The notes beneath the pieces were generated by a model. The model was given only the letters and a program-made list of their open reading frames with translations. It was not told the DNA's origin and searched no databases. The position numbers were made by a program, and so were the translations under genes. From contig CAWBAT010000006.1 of NCBI GenBank assembly GCA_963786955.1, forward strand, positions 96,001 to 160,000: 64,000 nucleotides of DNA. The letters are read 5' to 3'. Of this stretch, positions 1 to 9,735 are shown one piece after another. Within the stretch, counting starts at the first letter, position 1; the number at the start of each line of letters is the position of its first letter. Source of the DNA: an uncultured Acidimicrobiia bacterium. Its GTDB lineage: Bacteria; Acidobacteriota; Terriglobia; Versatilivoradales; Versatilivoraceae.

Positions 1-640
1 CCTCGCCGGGGCATTGCATGCCAAGTACATATTGGTCGGCCAAAATTTCGTTTTCGGGCACAAACGATCCGGCAACGTCGCATTGCTTGCAACGCTTAAG
101 CCATGAGCTCGGTTACATCGTAAAGATTATCGAACCCGTGGTCGTGAGAGGGAATCGGGTCAGTAGCACCTGGGTCCGGCAGTTGATCCAATCCGGGAAA
201 ATCAGCATGGCAAACCGATTACTGGGCAGATACTACCGCCTCGTGGCTGCATTATTCCGGGAGACGGGATTGGACAGAAGCATTTGTACCCGACGCTGAA
301 CCTAAACCCCGAGAATGAGATTCTTCCCAAGATTGGAGTCTATGTGACACAAGTGACGATCCATGGGAAAGAATATCCGGCGGTGACCAATGTTGGGATG
401 CGCCCAACAGTGGCTGGGAAAACGCTCCGCATTGAAACCCACTTGATTCAACATCCTCTCGGGGAGGCGCCTCTTTCCATGGAGATTGAATTTCTTCACC
501 GGCTTCGGGATGAAATGAAATTCCTTTCGACCGAAGTACTGAAAGAACAAATTGGACGAGATGTCCGTCGGGCAATCCGTTTTTTTGAACGGCTGGAGTA
601 TTTTCGAAAAAGCCGCCTGACCAATCTGAAACCGTCCTGA
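1..640 (+). CDS. ribF: Bifunctional riboflavin kinase/FAD synthetase, 5'-partial, frameshifted
   Basis: ORFs 18..299 (RVSSTWVRQLIQSG..ANRLLGRYY) and 284..640 (PTLNL, GVYVT, NVGMRPT, IETHL, LRDEMKF) join into the RibF C-terminal half. Confidence 0.92.
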
Positions 641-675
641 TTCCCTCCCGTGGTTCCTGATCGAACGAGCCTCTC

Positions 676-1897
676 ATGAACATCGGCGAAGCGATAAACA
701 TTTCTTTAAGCTCCATCCATGCCAATAAGCTCCGCTCGTTCCTCACGCTTCTGGGCCTCATCATTGGAGTCATGACGTTGATTCTGGTTATGACTATTGT
801 CCAAGGAGCCAACCTGTATGTAGAAGAAAAAGTAGTGAATCTGGGAACCAACGTTTTTCAAGTTTCGAAGACTCCCCTGGTGTTGACTGATTTTGAGGAA
901 TACATTCGTGCCCAGCGTAACAAAGATATCCTCTTCGATGACATGGAAGCCCTACGAGCTCTATGTGCGGAATGCGCCGCGGTGGGTACCCAAATTACGG
1001 CCACCTCTACGGTCAAATATGAAAACGAGTCCGTGACCGATGTGAGCATCCGGGGCGTTACTGCCAATATGGCGGAAATCGGGACCATCACCATAGAATA
1101 CGGCCGATATCTCTCGCCCTTCGAAGAAGCCAGCACTCGGAATGTATGCGTCCTCGGGCGTGATGTGGTCGACCAGCTCTTTGGCCAGGTCAACGCCTTA
1201 GACAAGCTAATTCGGATCAATACCGCGGAATACCGCGTTGTGGGTATGGCAGAAAGAATTGGAAATGTCCTCGGGCAAAGTCAGGATAACTTTGTCCTGA
1301 TTCCCTCTGAGCGCATTCCTGAAGCAATTCGGTTCCCGGCGCAGCCTGACCCTTCAAGTGAAGGCGTATGACAGTACCCGAATCGATGCAGGCATCGCTC
1401 AGGTCAGAACAATTCTGCGCGGACGCCGCCATGTCGCCTATGACAGCCCCGACTCCTTTTATATCGCGACCTCTGACACATTCTTGTCTCTCTGGTCCAG
1501 CATCAGCTCGGCCTTCTTCATGATCTTCATCATGATCTCTTCGGTCGCTTCCATCGTGGGAGGCATTGTCATCATGAATATCATGCTCGTAACCGTGACC
1601 GAGAGGACTAAAGAGATCGGGATCCGACGCGCCGTTGGAGCCACGCGACGCGATATTTTGTTCCAGTTTCTGCTCGAAGCGCTCGTGCAATGCATCGTCG
1701 GCGGCGTCATCGGAATATTGTTAGGATTCATCCTGGCTCTGGCGGTCCGCCAGTTCACACCGTTTCCAGCCAGAGTGCAACTCTGGGTCGCGGTCCTCGG
1801 TTTTGTTTTGTCAACCCTGATCGGAATCTTCTTCGGACTGTATCCCGCAAGGAAGGCTGCAGCTTTGGATCCCATTGAAGCCTTGCGCCGGGAATAA
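676..1897 (+). CDS. ABC transporter permease, MacB/FtsX family (frameshift near 1310-1360)
   Basis: NKLRSFLTLLGLIIGV N-terminus; VGGIVIMNIMLVTVTERTKEIGIRRAVGA and LDPIEALRRE in second ORF 1358..1897. Confidence 0.9.
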
Positions 1898-1939
1898 AGT
1901 CGGAAAAGAATCAATAAAAGACTCTTGGCTGAGGACTTG

Positions 1940-2560
1940 CCTCTGATGGAGGGCGAAGCTCTGCGACGCCGAAAATAACACGGCCAGGTGGAATGTGCGC
2001 TCCGTCGCACATTCAAGTGCGCAGGGGGACGGCAGTCCCACGCACCTGCCCCACCCTGTAGCGGCGCTCTATGAGCGCCGACCTCTTCCCATAATTATGA
2101 GTCATCGGCTTCCCTCGCCCCAGCGCGGGAGAGGGGCCGGCGGGAGGGGGACCTCAAAAGAAGACTCATTGGTCATTGTTCACTGTTCATTTCTCGTTTT
2201 CCATTGAGAAGCTTCAATGAAAAATGGCAAATGGTAATTAACCAATGGCAAATGGAAATCCAGCGACAAGGACATCCCCTCTTCCAAGAGAGAGGTGTTC
2301 ATATTCCCCTCCGGCGGAGGGAAGGTGTGAAAGGATTGGCTGTAGCGGCGCCCTATGAGCGCCGTTTCTTTTCATTTGAACGGCTTGGCCGGCGCTCATA
2401 GAGCGGCGCTACAATTATTTCACATCTTCAGAGGTGTAGGGGTGGGTTCCCTTAACTGAGCCGTAGGATTGCTGCGTCCAAGACATCCCCCGCAGCCTAC
2501 GGCTGCTGCCCCCTTCAAAGGGGGACTCTTCTCAATTCCCCTCTGGCAGTGATAGGGCCT
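1940..2560. repeat. Stack of several REP-like palindromes and heptamer repeats
   Basis: TGTAGCGGCGCTCTATGAGCGCCG at 2057; CCCTC..GAGGGG palindromes; CATT-/AATG-type 7-mer runs at about 2166-2259; nested MITE at 2321. Confidence 0.8.
2321..2429. mobile_element. MITE family A (TIR GAAGGTGTGAA..TTCACAYCTTC) carrying an inverted REP doublet
   Basis: Near-identical to 52076..52181; flanks AGG/AGA; removing it restores the repeat GGAGGGGTGTAGG seen intact at about 8539. Confidence 0.8.
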
Positions 2561-2717
2561 CTAGCCTCAACACATCTCCCCGTATTAGAACTTCGACTCA
2601 GAGCTACAGGAACGAATATGAATAATCTTTATTTGTAGATTGATTTTCCTCACTATACAAACAGGGTCGCTTTAGCGTTCTTGGCGTTTCCACCTACTGC
2701 ATCACACTGGATGCACC

Positions 2718-3971
2718 ATGCCCCTCTTGCAAGTTCGTGAAAATCTCTCTATCGCTTGGGTAACCGTGCGAACGAACAAATTTCGCTCGTTTCTCACCAT
2801 TCTGGGTGTGGTGATCGGGGTCACCTCGGTGATTACGGTAGCCGCCCTCATTCAAGGCCTCAACAACCTGGTGGCAGACAAGGTGAATCAACTCGGGAGC
2901 CGCGTGTTCTTTGTCACTCGCATCCCTCCCCTCGTATTTTCCAGGCCTTCTGAGAAGATACGACAGCGCAAATACCTTCGCTATGAAGACTCGCGGGCCA
3001 TCGCGGAACAATGCCCTTCCATCCAAACGGCCACCGCATTTCAACAGCGGGCCGTCTTCATGGGATCTCCAAACCTCGTGAAATATGGCAATGAGAAAGT
3101 CGAAAGCGCCATTCTCAGAGGCGTGGAATCCAGCTTTGCTCGAGTGTTTAGCCTCTTTACCATCCGGGATGGCCGCTTCATCAGTGAGTTCGACAATGAA
3201 CACGCTGGAAAGGTATGCAATATTGGCGCCGGGATCGTGGATACACTATTCCCCTTAACTGACCCGGTGGGAAAAGAGATCAGTGTGAATGGAGATTCTT
3301 TCACCGTTGTCGGGACGTACGAACGGGAGCCAGGCCTGTTTGGAGGGCCGGGTGTCGATCAGTTTGTCGTTATCCCGTACAACACATTCCATAGGATGTA
3401 TCCGGAAATCGAGGATCATGTCATTGCCGTCAGTATCCGAGACCCCTCGGAGATGCAAAAGGCACAAGACGAAGTGACCGATGTCCTAAGGCGACGACGG
3501 AAGGTTCCGAGCCAGGAAGAAAATGACTTTGAGATCGCTTCTCCGGACCTATTGGCCTCAATCTGGCAGCAGCTCACCGGGGCCATCGTCATTTTGACTA
3601 TGCTCATCTCCTCCATTGGCTTGCTGGTTGGAGGGATTGGGGTTATGAACATCATGCTGGTTTCTGTTACGGAGAGAACACGCGAGATTGGGATTCGCAA
3701 AGCCGTCGGTGCGCAGCGACGGGATATATTGCAGCAATTCCTGATTGAGGCCATGACCTTGACAGGCGCCGGAGGAGTGATTGGAATTCTTTTGGGGGCC
3801 ATCATCAGTTATACGGTCAAGAGACTCGTCCCTTCCCTGCCCGCCCAAGTCTCCGTGTTTTGGATTGTTTTGGCTTTCGCCGTTTCGGTGGGGGTGGGAC
3901 TCTTCTTCGGTATTTTCCCCGCAAAGCGAGCTGCCGACCTCGACCCCATCGTCGCCCTTCGCTATGAATGA
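2718..3971 (+). CDS. ABC transporter permease, MacB/FtsX family
   Basis: Intact 417 aa ORF; NKFRSFLTILGVVIGV, VGGIGVMNIMLVSVTERTREIGIRKAVGA, LDPIVALRYE. Confidence 0.93.
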   Translation: MPLLQVRENLSIAWVTVRTNKFRSFLTILGVVIGVTSVITVAALIQGLNNLVADKVNQLGSRVFFVTRIPPLVFSRPSEKIRQRKYLRYEDSRAIAEQCPSIQTATAFQQRAVFMGSPNLVKYGNEKVESAILRGVESSFARVFSLFTIRDGRFISEFDNEHAGKVCNIGAGIVDTLFPLTDPVGKEISVNGDSFTVVGTYEREPGLFGGPGVDQFVVIPYNTFHRMYPEIEDHVIAVSIRDPSEMQKAQDEVTDVLRRRRKVPSQEENDFEIASPDLLASIWQQLTGAIVILTMLISSIGLLVGGIGVMNIMLVSVTERTREIGIRKAVGAQRRDILQQFLIEAMTLTGAGGVIGILLGAIISYTVKRLVPSLPAQVSVFWIVLAFAVSVGVGLFFGIFPAKRAADLDPIVALRYE

Positions 3972-4250
3972 TGTTTTTGGTAGCCACGATGAATCGCTTT
4001 TAAGTTCATCGTGGGCTTTTCTCGTCCCCCCTTCTTTCCAAAGGGAGACTTCAGGGGGGTGGCTTTTCAAACATGTCGATCGACCCTCATTTATGGAGGT
4101 AAAATGGGGCAGGACTAAGGGAAGTGCTGATCCGTGCCCTGCCCTCTACCTAACAGCACATACATCGGTAATTGAACTCAGAGTCATCAAAACGCCCTCG
4201 GATGCGGGTTCTCTTTGGAGTATCCTTTGTGATGAGGGAGGTTATCCATC

Positions 4251-4865
4251 ATGTCGAACAAAACGCATTGGGAGAACATTTACCGCACCAAGAACGCGAC
4301 ACAGGTTAGCTGGTTTCAAGAACATGCAGATTTATCGATGCGCTTCATACGAGGAACCAGGGTTGGGAAGACCGCTCAGATCATAGACGTCGGTGGGGGC
4401 ACCTCCACCCTGGTCGATGACCTGCTTGCTACAGGCTATGAGAACATCACTGTCCTCGATATTTCAGGGGCTGCGTTGAGCCGAGCTCAAGAACGACTTG
4501 GCGCCCTTGGATCGAGAGTTACATGGATTGAAGCTGACATCACGCAGGTCGATCTTCCGCCAGACTTCTATGCTGTGTGGCATGATCGAGCGGTCTTTCA
4601 CTTTCTTACGCGAGCTGAGGACCGTATTCGCTACGTCCAGGCGGTGAAGCGCTCCGTGAAGACGGGTGGCCATGTTATCGTGGCTTCATTTGGGCTTGGT
4701 GGGCCTGAGCATTGCAGTGGGTTAGACGTCGTTCGATATTGCTCTGAAACCATGCATGACGAGTTTGGACACGACTTCGAGCTAGTTGCTTCTACAGATG
4801 AAACCCATCACACGCCATTTGGTACAGATCAACAGTTTATCTACTGCTACTGCCGGAAGGCTTAG
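4251..4865 (+). CDS. Class I SAM-dependent methyltransferase
   Basis: IIDVGGGTS motif I, WHDRAVFHFL; GAGGGAGG RBS. Confidence 0.9.
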   Translation: MSNKTHWENIYRTKNATQVSWFQEHADLSMRFIRGTRVGKTAQIIDVGGGTSTLVDDLLATGYENITVLDISGAALSRAQERLGALGSRVTWIEADITQVDLPPDFYAVWHDRAVFHFLTRAEDRIRYVQAVKRSVKTGGHVIVASFGLGGPEHCSGLDVVRYCSETMHDEFGHDFELVASTDETHHTPFGTDQQFIYCYCRKA

Positions 4866-5070
4866 AACACCGCTCTAAGTGCAGCGAGATAACATAGAGC
4901 TTCCAGGCGGCTTTTTTATCTGAAGTGTTAAAATGTCATTGGCAATCTAAACGCTACTCGGCTAGGTCATGGTCGGGTTCGGGCGCCGCCTATCAACTTA
5001 ATAAAGCGACATCGCCCACTTCGAGCAAAAGATCCAGGCCACTCTTTCCCGCATCTGGAACGAGGACGAA

Positions 5071-5704
5071 AGCGCCAACGGCGCGAAACCATACCAGCCT
5101 GGGGCAACGCCCCAGGAAAACAACCCGAAACCAAACAAGGGCTGAAAGCCCGTTCCATTCCATGTCCCAATCACTCGACAACATCCTGCTGCACCTTGTC
5201 TTCAGCACGAAGGATCGCTTCCCCTGTCTTGGCGCGTCCGTCCGCCCCGCGCTCCACACCTATCTCGCCGCAGTGGTCCGCAACGCGGGATGCGAATGTC
5301 CCCGGGCCGGGGGTGTGGCGGATCACGTTCACCTGGCCGTCCAACTTTCGCGGACGATCACGGTCGCGGCTTTGGTTGAGGAGCTGAAGACCTCGTCATC
5401 GAAATGGCTCAAGACTCAATCGCCCGAGCTTTGCGGCTTCGCATGGCAACGTGGTTACGGTGTGTTCTCCGTGGGGCCGTCCGATTTGGATGCGCTACTG
5501 GATTACATCGACAATCAAGATGAGCATCATCGAACACGGACGTTCCAGGACGAGTATCGGGCATTTCTCACGAAATATCGGGTAGCATATGACGAACGAT
5601 ATGTCTGGGTCTGACCTATGGAACGGGCATTCAGCCCTTGACGCTTCTCATTCGGTAACCTGGGGCGTTGCCCCAGGCTTTTATTTCATCGGGGCGTTGC
5701 CCCT
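5071..5704 (+). mobile_element. IS200-like / REP-associated HUH element: tnpA flanked by about 85-bp inverted palindromic arms
   Basis: Left AGCCTGGGGCAACGCCCCAGG and AAGGGCTGAAAGCCCGTTCCAT mirrored on the right by ATGGAACGGGCATTCAGCCCTT and CCTGGGGCGTTGCCCCAGGCT. Confidence 0.8.
5162..5614 (+). CDS. tnpA: IS200/IS605-family Y1 (HUH) transposase
   Basis: HLVFSTKDR, GGVADHVHL (HUH), FAWQRGYGVFSV, YIDNQ.EHH catalytic Tyr helix. Confidence 0.92.
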   Translation: MSQSLDNILLHLVFSTKDRFPCLGASVRPALHTYLAAVVRNAGCECPRAGGVADHVHLAVQLSRTITVAALVEELKTSSSKWLKTQSPELCGFAWQRGYGVFSVGPSDLDALLDYIDNQDEHHRTRTFQDEYRAFLTKYRVAYDERYVWV

Positions 5705-6078
5705 CCAACTCCCACTCGCCAATGCGATCCAGGCGTATCAATAGAAGCCGGTGTGCGGCAAGGTCGTTCTCGCCATAATCCCGTGATGGGACTTTTTCTG
5801 CCGAGGAACCGCTGGCCTGCCGCGTAATCCCCGCTGAATTGTTTTGGGGAAAGTGAGGTCGGACCAAATATCGTTGACACAAGAATCTGGTCTGCATAAA
5901 ATCCCTGCTCCGTTGCGGTATACACCACGGGTTTAAACCGCGCAGTTTCTACTAGGACGACACCGTCCTCACTGCGATTCGCTCTCTCTCCAGGAAACTC
6001 GCCTTGATTACCAGCAGCGCGGCAGGGCCTGTTATCAGCCGCAGTTCCGCGGCGGTAGCATCCCCTATAACGTGGTGA

Positions 6079-6276
6079 ACTCCCCTGGGCACGATTGTTA
6101 AAGTGACCAGCCTGAAGAACAACGATAGTGTCGTCGTCCGTATCAATGATCGTGGACCCCATGGACCCAAAACCGAGATCATCGACGTTTCCGGCCGAGC
6201 GGCACAGGACCTCGATATGATCAAGGACGGCAGAGCCAAAGTTAAGCTTGAAGTCATTGAAGCCGCAAAGAAGTAA
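6079..6276 (+). pseudogene. rlpA: 5'-truncated RlpA-family (DPBB) lytic transglycosylase
   Basis: Hand translation PLGTIVKVTSLKNNDSVVVRINDRGP..IIDVSGRAAQDLDMIKDGRAKVKLEV; in-frame TGA at 6076 and no N-terminal half. Confidence 0.8.
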
Positions 6277-6356
6277 GGGATACTGCCCTGCCCGGCGCGG
6301 GCAGGCCGCAGTTGTTCTCAACCGAACGCATTTTAAAAAACAAAGGAGGAAAGTTT

Positions 6357-6560
6357 ATGCAATGGCAGATTATTGCGTTGAATTACATCTACGCTGGACT
6401 GGGATTAGTATTGATGTTTCTGGCCTACAAGATTTTCGATTGGCTATCGCCGAAAATCGACTTTGAAGACGAACTCAAGAAAGGGAACATTGCAGTCGCG
6501 ATATTTATCGCATCCATTTTCATCACGATCGGGATGGTCATTGGAGGAGCACTGAAATGA
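6357..6560 (+). CDS. Small membrane protein, DUF350-like
   Basis: Two TM helices with IDFEDELKKGNIAVAIF; AGGAGG RBS. Confidence 0.8.
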   Translation: MQWQIIALNYIYAGLGLVLMFLAYKIFDWLSPKIDFEDELKKGNIAVAIFIASIFITIGMVIGGALK

Positions 6561-7186
6561 GAAGGAGCTTCCTTTTTCTCATCTTGGCGTTGCTCTCCTC
6601 ATCGAGTGCATGGGCTCAAAAAGGGATGCCCAGCACCTATGATGAGATCTTTCGCAAGTATTCGAAGCAATACTTTGGAGTGGGCTTCGATTGGAAGGTC
6701 TTTAAAGCACAGGCCATGACGGAAAGTAATCTCAACCCAGAAGCCAAGAGCTGGGTTGGAGCCAAGGGTCTCATGCAACTCATGCCGGCAACCTATCAAG
6801 AGATACAAACCAAGAATCCGGATATCGGCGAAATCAATGATCCCAGATGGAATATCGCCGCCGGCATTTTTTATGACAGAAAGTTATGGAACGCCTGGAC
6901 GGAACATGACTCCCTCACCGACCGCTTAAGCTTTGTCTTGAGCAGTTACAACGCCGGAAGGGGGACTATCTTGAAAGCACAGGGCACAGCGGAAAAGGAG
7001 GGGCTCAATTCAAAAACATGGACCAGCGTGGAAAGCATTGCCCCCCGAGTACCTCGCTGGAGGTATGAAGAGACGCTCAACTACGTACGAAGAATTCAGG
7101 GATTCTATACAGACTTATCGAAGCGCAACGGATTTGAAGGTCTGCTGAATAATCCGGAGAGTAGTAGCCCGGAGGCTAAGAAGTAA
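6557..7186 (+). CDS. Secreted SLT-domain lytic transglycosylase (MltF-like catalytic domain)
   Basis: Signal peptide; TESN, GAKGLMQLMP, SYNAG, ETLNYV motifs. Confidence 0.9.
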   Translation: MRRSFLFLILALLSSSSAWAQKGMPSTYDEIFRKYSKQYFGVGFDWKVFKAQAMTESNLNPEAKSWVGAKGLMQLMPATYQEIQTKNPDIGEINDPRWNIAAGIFYDRKLWNAWTEHDSLTDRLSFVLSSYNAGRGTILKAQGTAEKEGLNSKTWTSVESIAPRVPRWRYEETLNYVRRIQGFYTDLSKRNGFEGLLNNPESSSPEAKK

Positions 7187-7245
7187 AGATACCAATAAAA
7201 ACCTAGATCTAAACAAACCAGTCAACCCTCTGGCCGGGGAGAAAC

Positions 7246-7353
7246 ATGCCAATTCTTATCAAGACGTTACTCAGCGCAGTGCTTATCATCGGCTGCGCAA
7301 AAACGCAGGTAGCGCAAGCCCTGCCTGCCGTTACCGTATTCGGGATAAAGTGA
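7246..7353 (+). pseudogene. Short lipoprotein or truncated lipoprotein remnant (35 aa)
   Basis: GGGGAG RBS; MPILIKTLLSAVLIIGC lipobox-like start, stop after 35 codons. Confidence 0.45.
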
Positions 7354-7549
7354 GGACAACCAAGCCAAGTATCCCTGCGACCGTTTCTTGGGTAGGCACG
7401 ATTGATGCGTATCTTTCATCAATCGTGGATCTCTGGATAGAACCATCGATAAACGCAACTGCGTGTTTGTCGTGGCTACGAAGGCCACCAGATTAAACGA
7501 GATCAAAATGTTCAGAGTGCGTTTGTATTAGAAGAACGCTCAAAAGTTA

Positions 7550-8422
7550 ATGACTCTACAAACCTTCATTCCCCTCGCGCTGAAAGCGAGCATTCTTCTC
7601 AACGTCTTTGCCATTGGGCTTAGAGCCAGTCTGCAGGACGCAACCTACCTGTTTCGCAGGCCCGGTCAACTCGTTCGTGCGCTGCTGGCCATGAACCTGC
7701 TGATGCCCTTGTTCGCCGTCGCCCTGGCAGTCCTATTTGATCTGAATCCGGCAGTAAAGATTGCGCTGGTAGCCCTGTCTGTTTCACCAATCCCTCCCGT
7801 GCTCCCGATAAAAATGATGAAAGCAGGAGGCACCAAGTCGTACTCGATTGGGGTGCTCGTGGCCGCAGGCCTTCTGGCAATCCTCTTCGTGCCCGCCGCG
7901 ATGGAGGTACTCCAGCGCGTGTTTGGGGTACCGCTGCAGATGACTGTGGCATCGATTGCCGCCCTCATCTTGAAGACGGTGCTGCTCCCCCTCGCTCTCG
8001 GTATTGTTCTACACAGCTTTGTCCCCGCCCTGGCTGAGCGCCTGGCAAAACCAATTTCACAGGTCGGTAGTGTAGGAGTGCTGGGGTGCGGCCTGATCAT
8101 TTTGTTTACGGCAGCGCCGCATATTCTGGCGCTCATTGGCAGTGGCACCCTTATCGCACTTGCTGCCTTTGTGCTTGTCGGGCTGGCGATTGGCCATTGG
8201 CTCGGGGGGCCAGAAGCGGAAAATCGCACGGCGTTGGCTTTCTCGACGGCTTTCCGTCATCCGGGAATTGCCATTGCCCTGGCACACGCAAACTTTCCGC
8301 AGCAAAAACTTGCCATGGCAGCGGTGCTTCTCTATCTGCTCATCAACACAATCGTTGCAGTGCCGTATCATTTCTGGACCAAGCGCCGCGGGGCGGCCGT
8401 CGCGAGTGCGGTGAAGGCATGA
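7550..8422 (+). CDS. Bile acid:sodium symporter (BASS) family transporter
   Basis: About 9-10 hydrophobic helices; LFRRPGQLVRALLAMN, ALAFSTAFRHPGIA. Confidence 0.8.
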   Translation: MTLQTFIPLALKASILLNVFAIGLRASLQDATYLFRRPGQLVRALLAMNLLMPLFAVALAVLFDLNPAVKIALVALSVSPIPPVLPIKMMKAGGTKSYSIGVLVAAGLLAILFVPAAMEVLQRVFGVPLQMTVASIAALILKTVLLPLALGIVLHSFVPALAERLAKPISQVGSVGVLGCGLIILFTAAPHILALIGSGTLIALAAFVLVGLAIGHWLGGPEAENRTALAFSTAFRHPGIAIALAHANFPQQKLAMAAVLLYLLINTIVAVPYHFWTKRRGAAVASAVKA

Positions 8423-8452
8423 AAAGCCTGCAAATCTGAAGGGAGAAACTTA

Positions 8453-9650
8453 ATGTCGATTCATGCACCAACAGTAACAAAAGAGTTTTTCATGCTGCCG
8501 CGCGGCGCTACGAGGGATGAAAATGAGTCCCCTCCGTTGGAGGGGTGTAGGAGTGGGTTGGCACCACGGGAGGACCCACCCCTGAAGGCTAAAGCCTTCT
8601 CCCTTCCCAAGAGGGGATTTTCAAGGGACACCCCCCACAGGCTTATGCCTGCCGCCCCCCTTCGAGGGGGGATTTTCAGCGCAAACCGCCGTTCGTGGCA
8701 CAGGTATTCTCTCGGTCATCCTGCCATCACTGCGGGTTGCCGTTTTCCTGACGCAGGGTATCGGAATCCTGCTGCCCGGTCGGGCGCTGGCCCAAGGCGA
8801 GGGTCCGAAGACGTACCAGCCGGCGCCCGACGGTACAAATGTTTTAGTGGTTACGTACATGAATTTGTCGACCAACATGAACTTCAACCAGTCCGCCGCA
8901 CTGAGAGACGCAAACATCAACATCAATCTCGTGGTGCCGACCTACAAGCATTTTTTCTCCGTGGGCGGTCATCTTGCGGAGTTTGTTGTCTCGCCGATCA
9001 TGGGTACCCTGGACGGCTCGGTCGCTGTCGCAAACCGTGAAATCAACGTGCCTCGGCAGACCGGCTTCTTCGACTCGTACGTCGGTGTTCGCGTGGGACT
9101 TTATGGGGCTCCCGCCCTGAAGCTGCCGGAGTTCATGAAGCACAAGCAGGGCCTCCAGATCTACGGCATTTTTGGCACCTACCTGCCGGTGGGCAAGTAC
9201 GATAGCTCGAACCCGGTGAATCTGGGAACCAACCGTTGGACATTTCGAACTGGCGCGGCGTTCGTTAAGCCGTTTGGGAAACCAACTCGGCCGGTTGCTC
9301 TTGAGGTAGTCCCGACTATTTCTTTCTTTACGGCCAATAACGACCCATTTGGACCAGCCCTTGAGACAACACAGAAACCGCTTTTTCAGATCGAGAACCA
9401 TGTCTCGTACAACCTGACCAAGAAGTTCTGGGGATCTTTAAATGCACGCTACCAGGTTGGCGCCGAAACAGAAACGGATGGTGTAAACCAGGACAATACT
9501 CTTAATCAGCTTGGCGGCGGTTTCACCGGCGGCTATCAGTTCACGCCTAAGTTCTCGGTTCAGGTGGGGTATGGATGGGTCTGGTTTAAGGGCGGGAACG
9601 ACGACAGCAAGTCAAATATGGTGCGGATCCGTGCCGTCTACGTATTCTGA
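8453..9650 (+). CDS. Probable outer-membrane transporter (MetA-pathway/phenol-degradation family); 5' end interrupted by a repeat
   Basis: PVGKYDSSNPVNLGTNRW, C-terminal aromatic (AVYVF); frame of ORF 8847 extends upstream to a signal-like LLPGRALA-QG; best RBS/ATG at 8453 is in another frame. Confidence 0.7.
8487..8678. repeat. Palindromic repeat cluster (CCCCTCC..GGAGGGG family)
   Basis: Multiple GC hairpins bounded by TTTTCA at 8487 and 8673; related to repeats at about 2305-2530, 4025-4062, 38384-38470. Confidence 0.7.
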
Positions 9651-9735
9651 GACGGCAACGCCATGAAGCTTAAAACGTGAAACATTTTTCTCGGATGGAC
9701 AGCCGAATTCGGAAGGAATCCAAGGGAGGCTTGAC

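Noticed and set aside
5686-6321. Minus-strand ORFs 5686..6321 and 5952..6257
   Set aside because: Partly antisense to the rlpA remnant; no recognisable motifs
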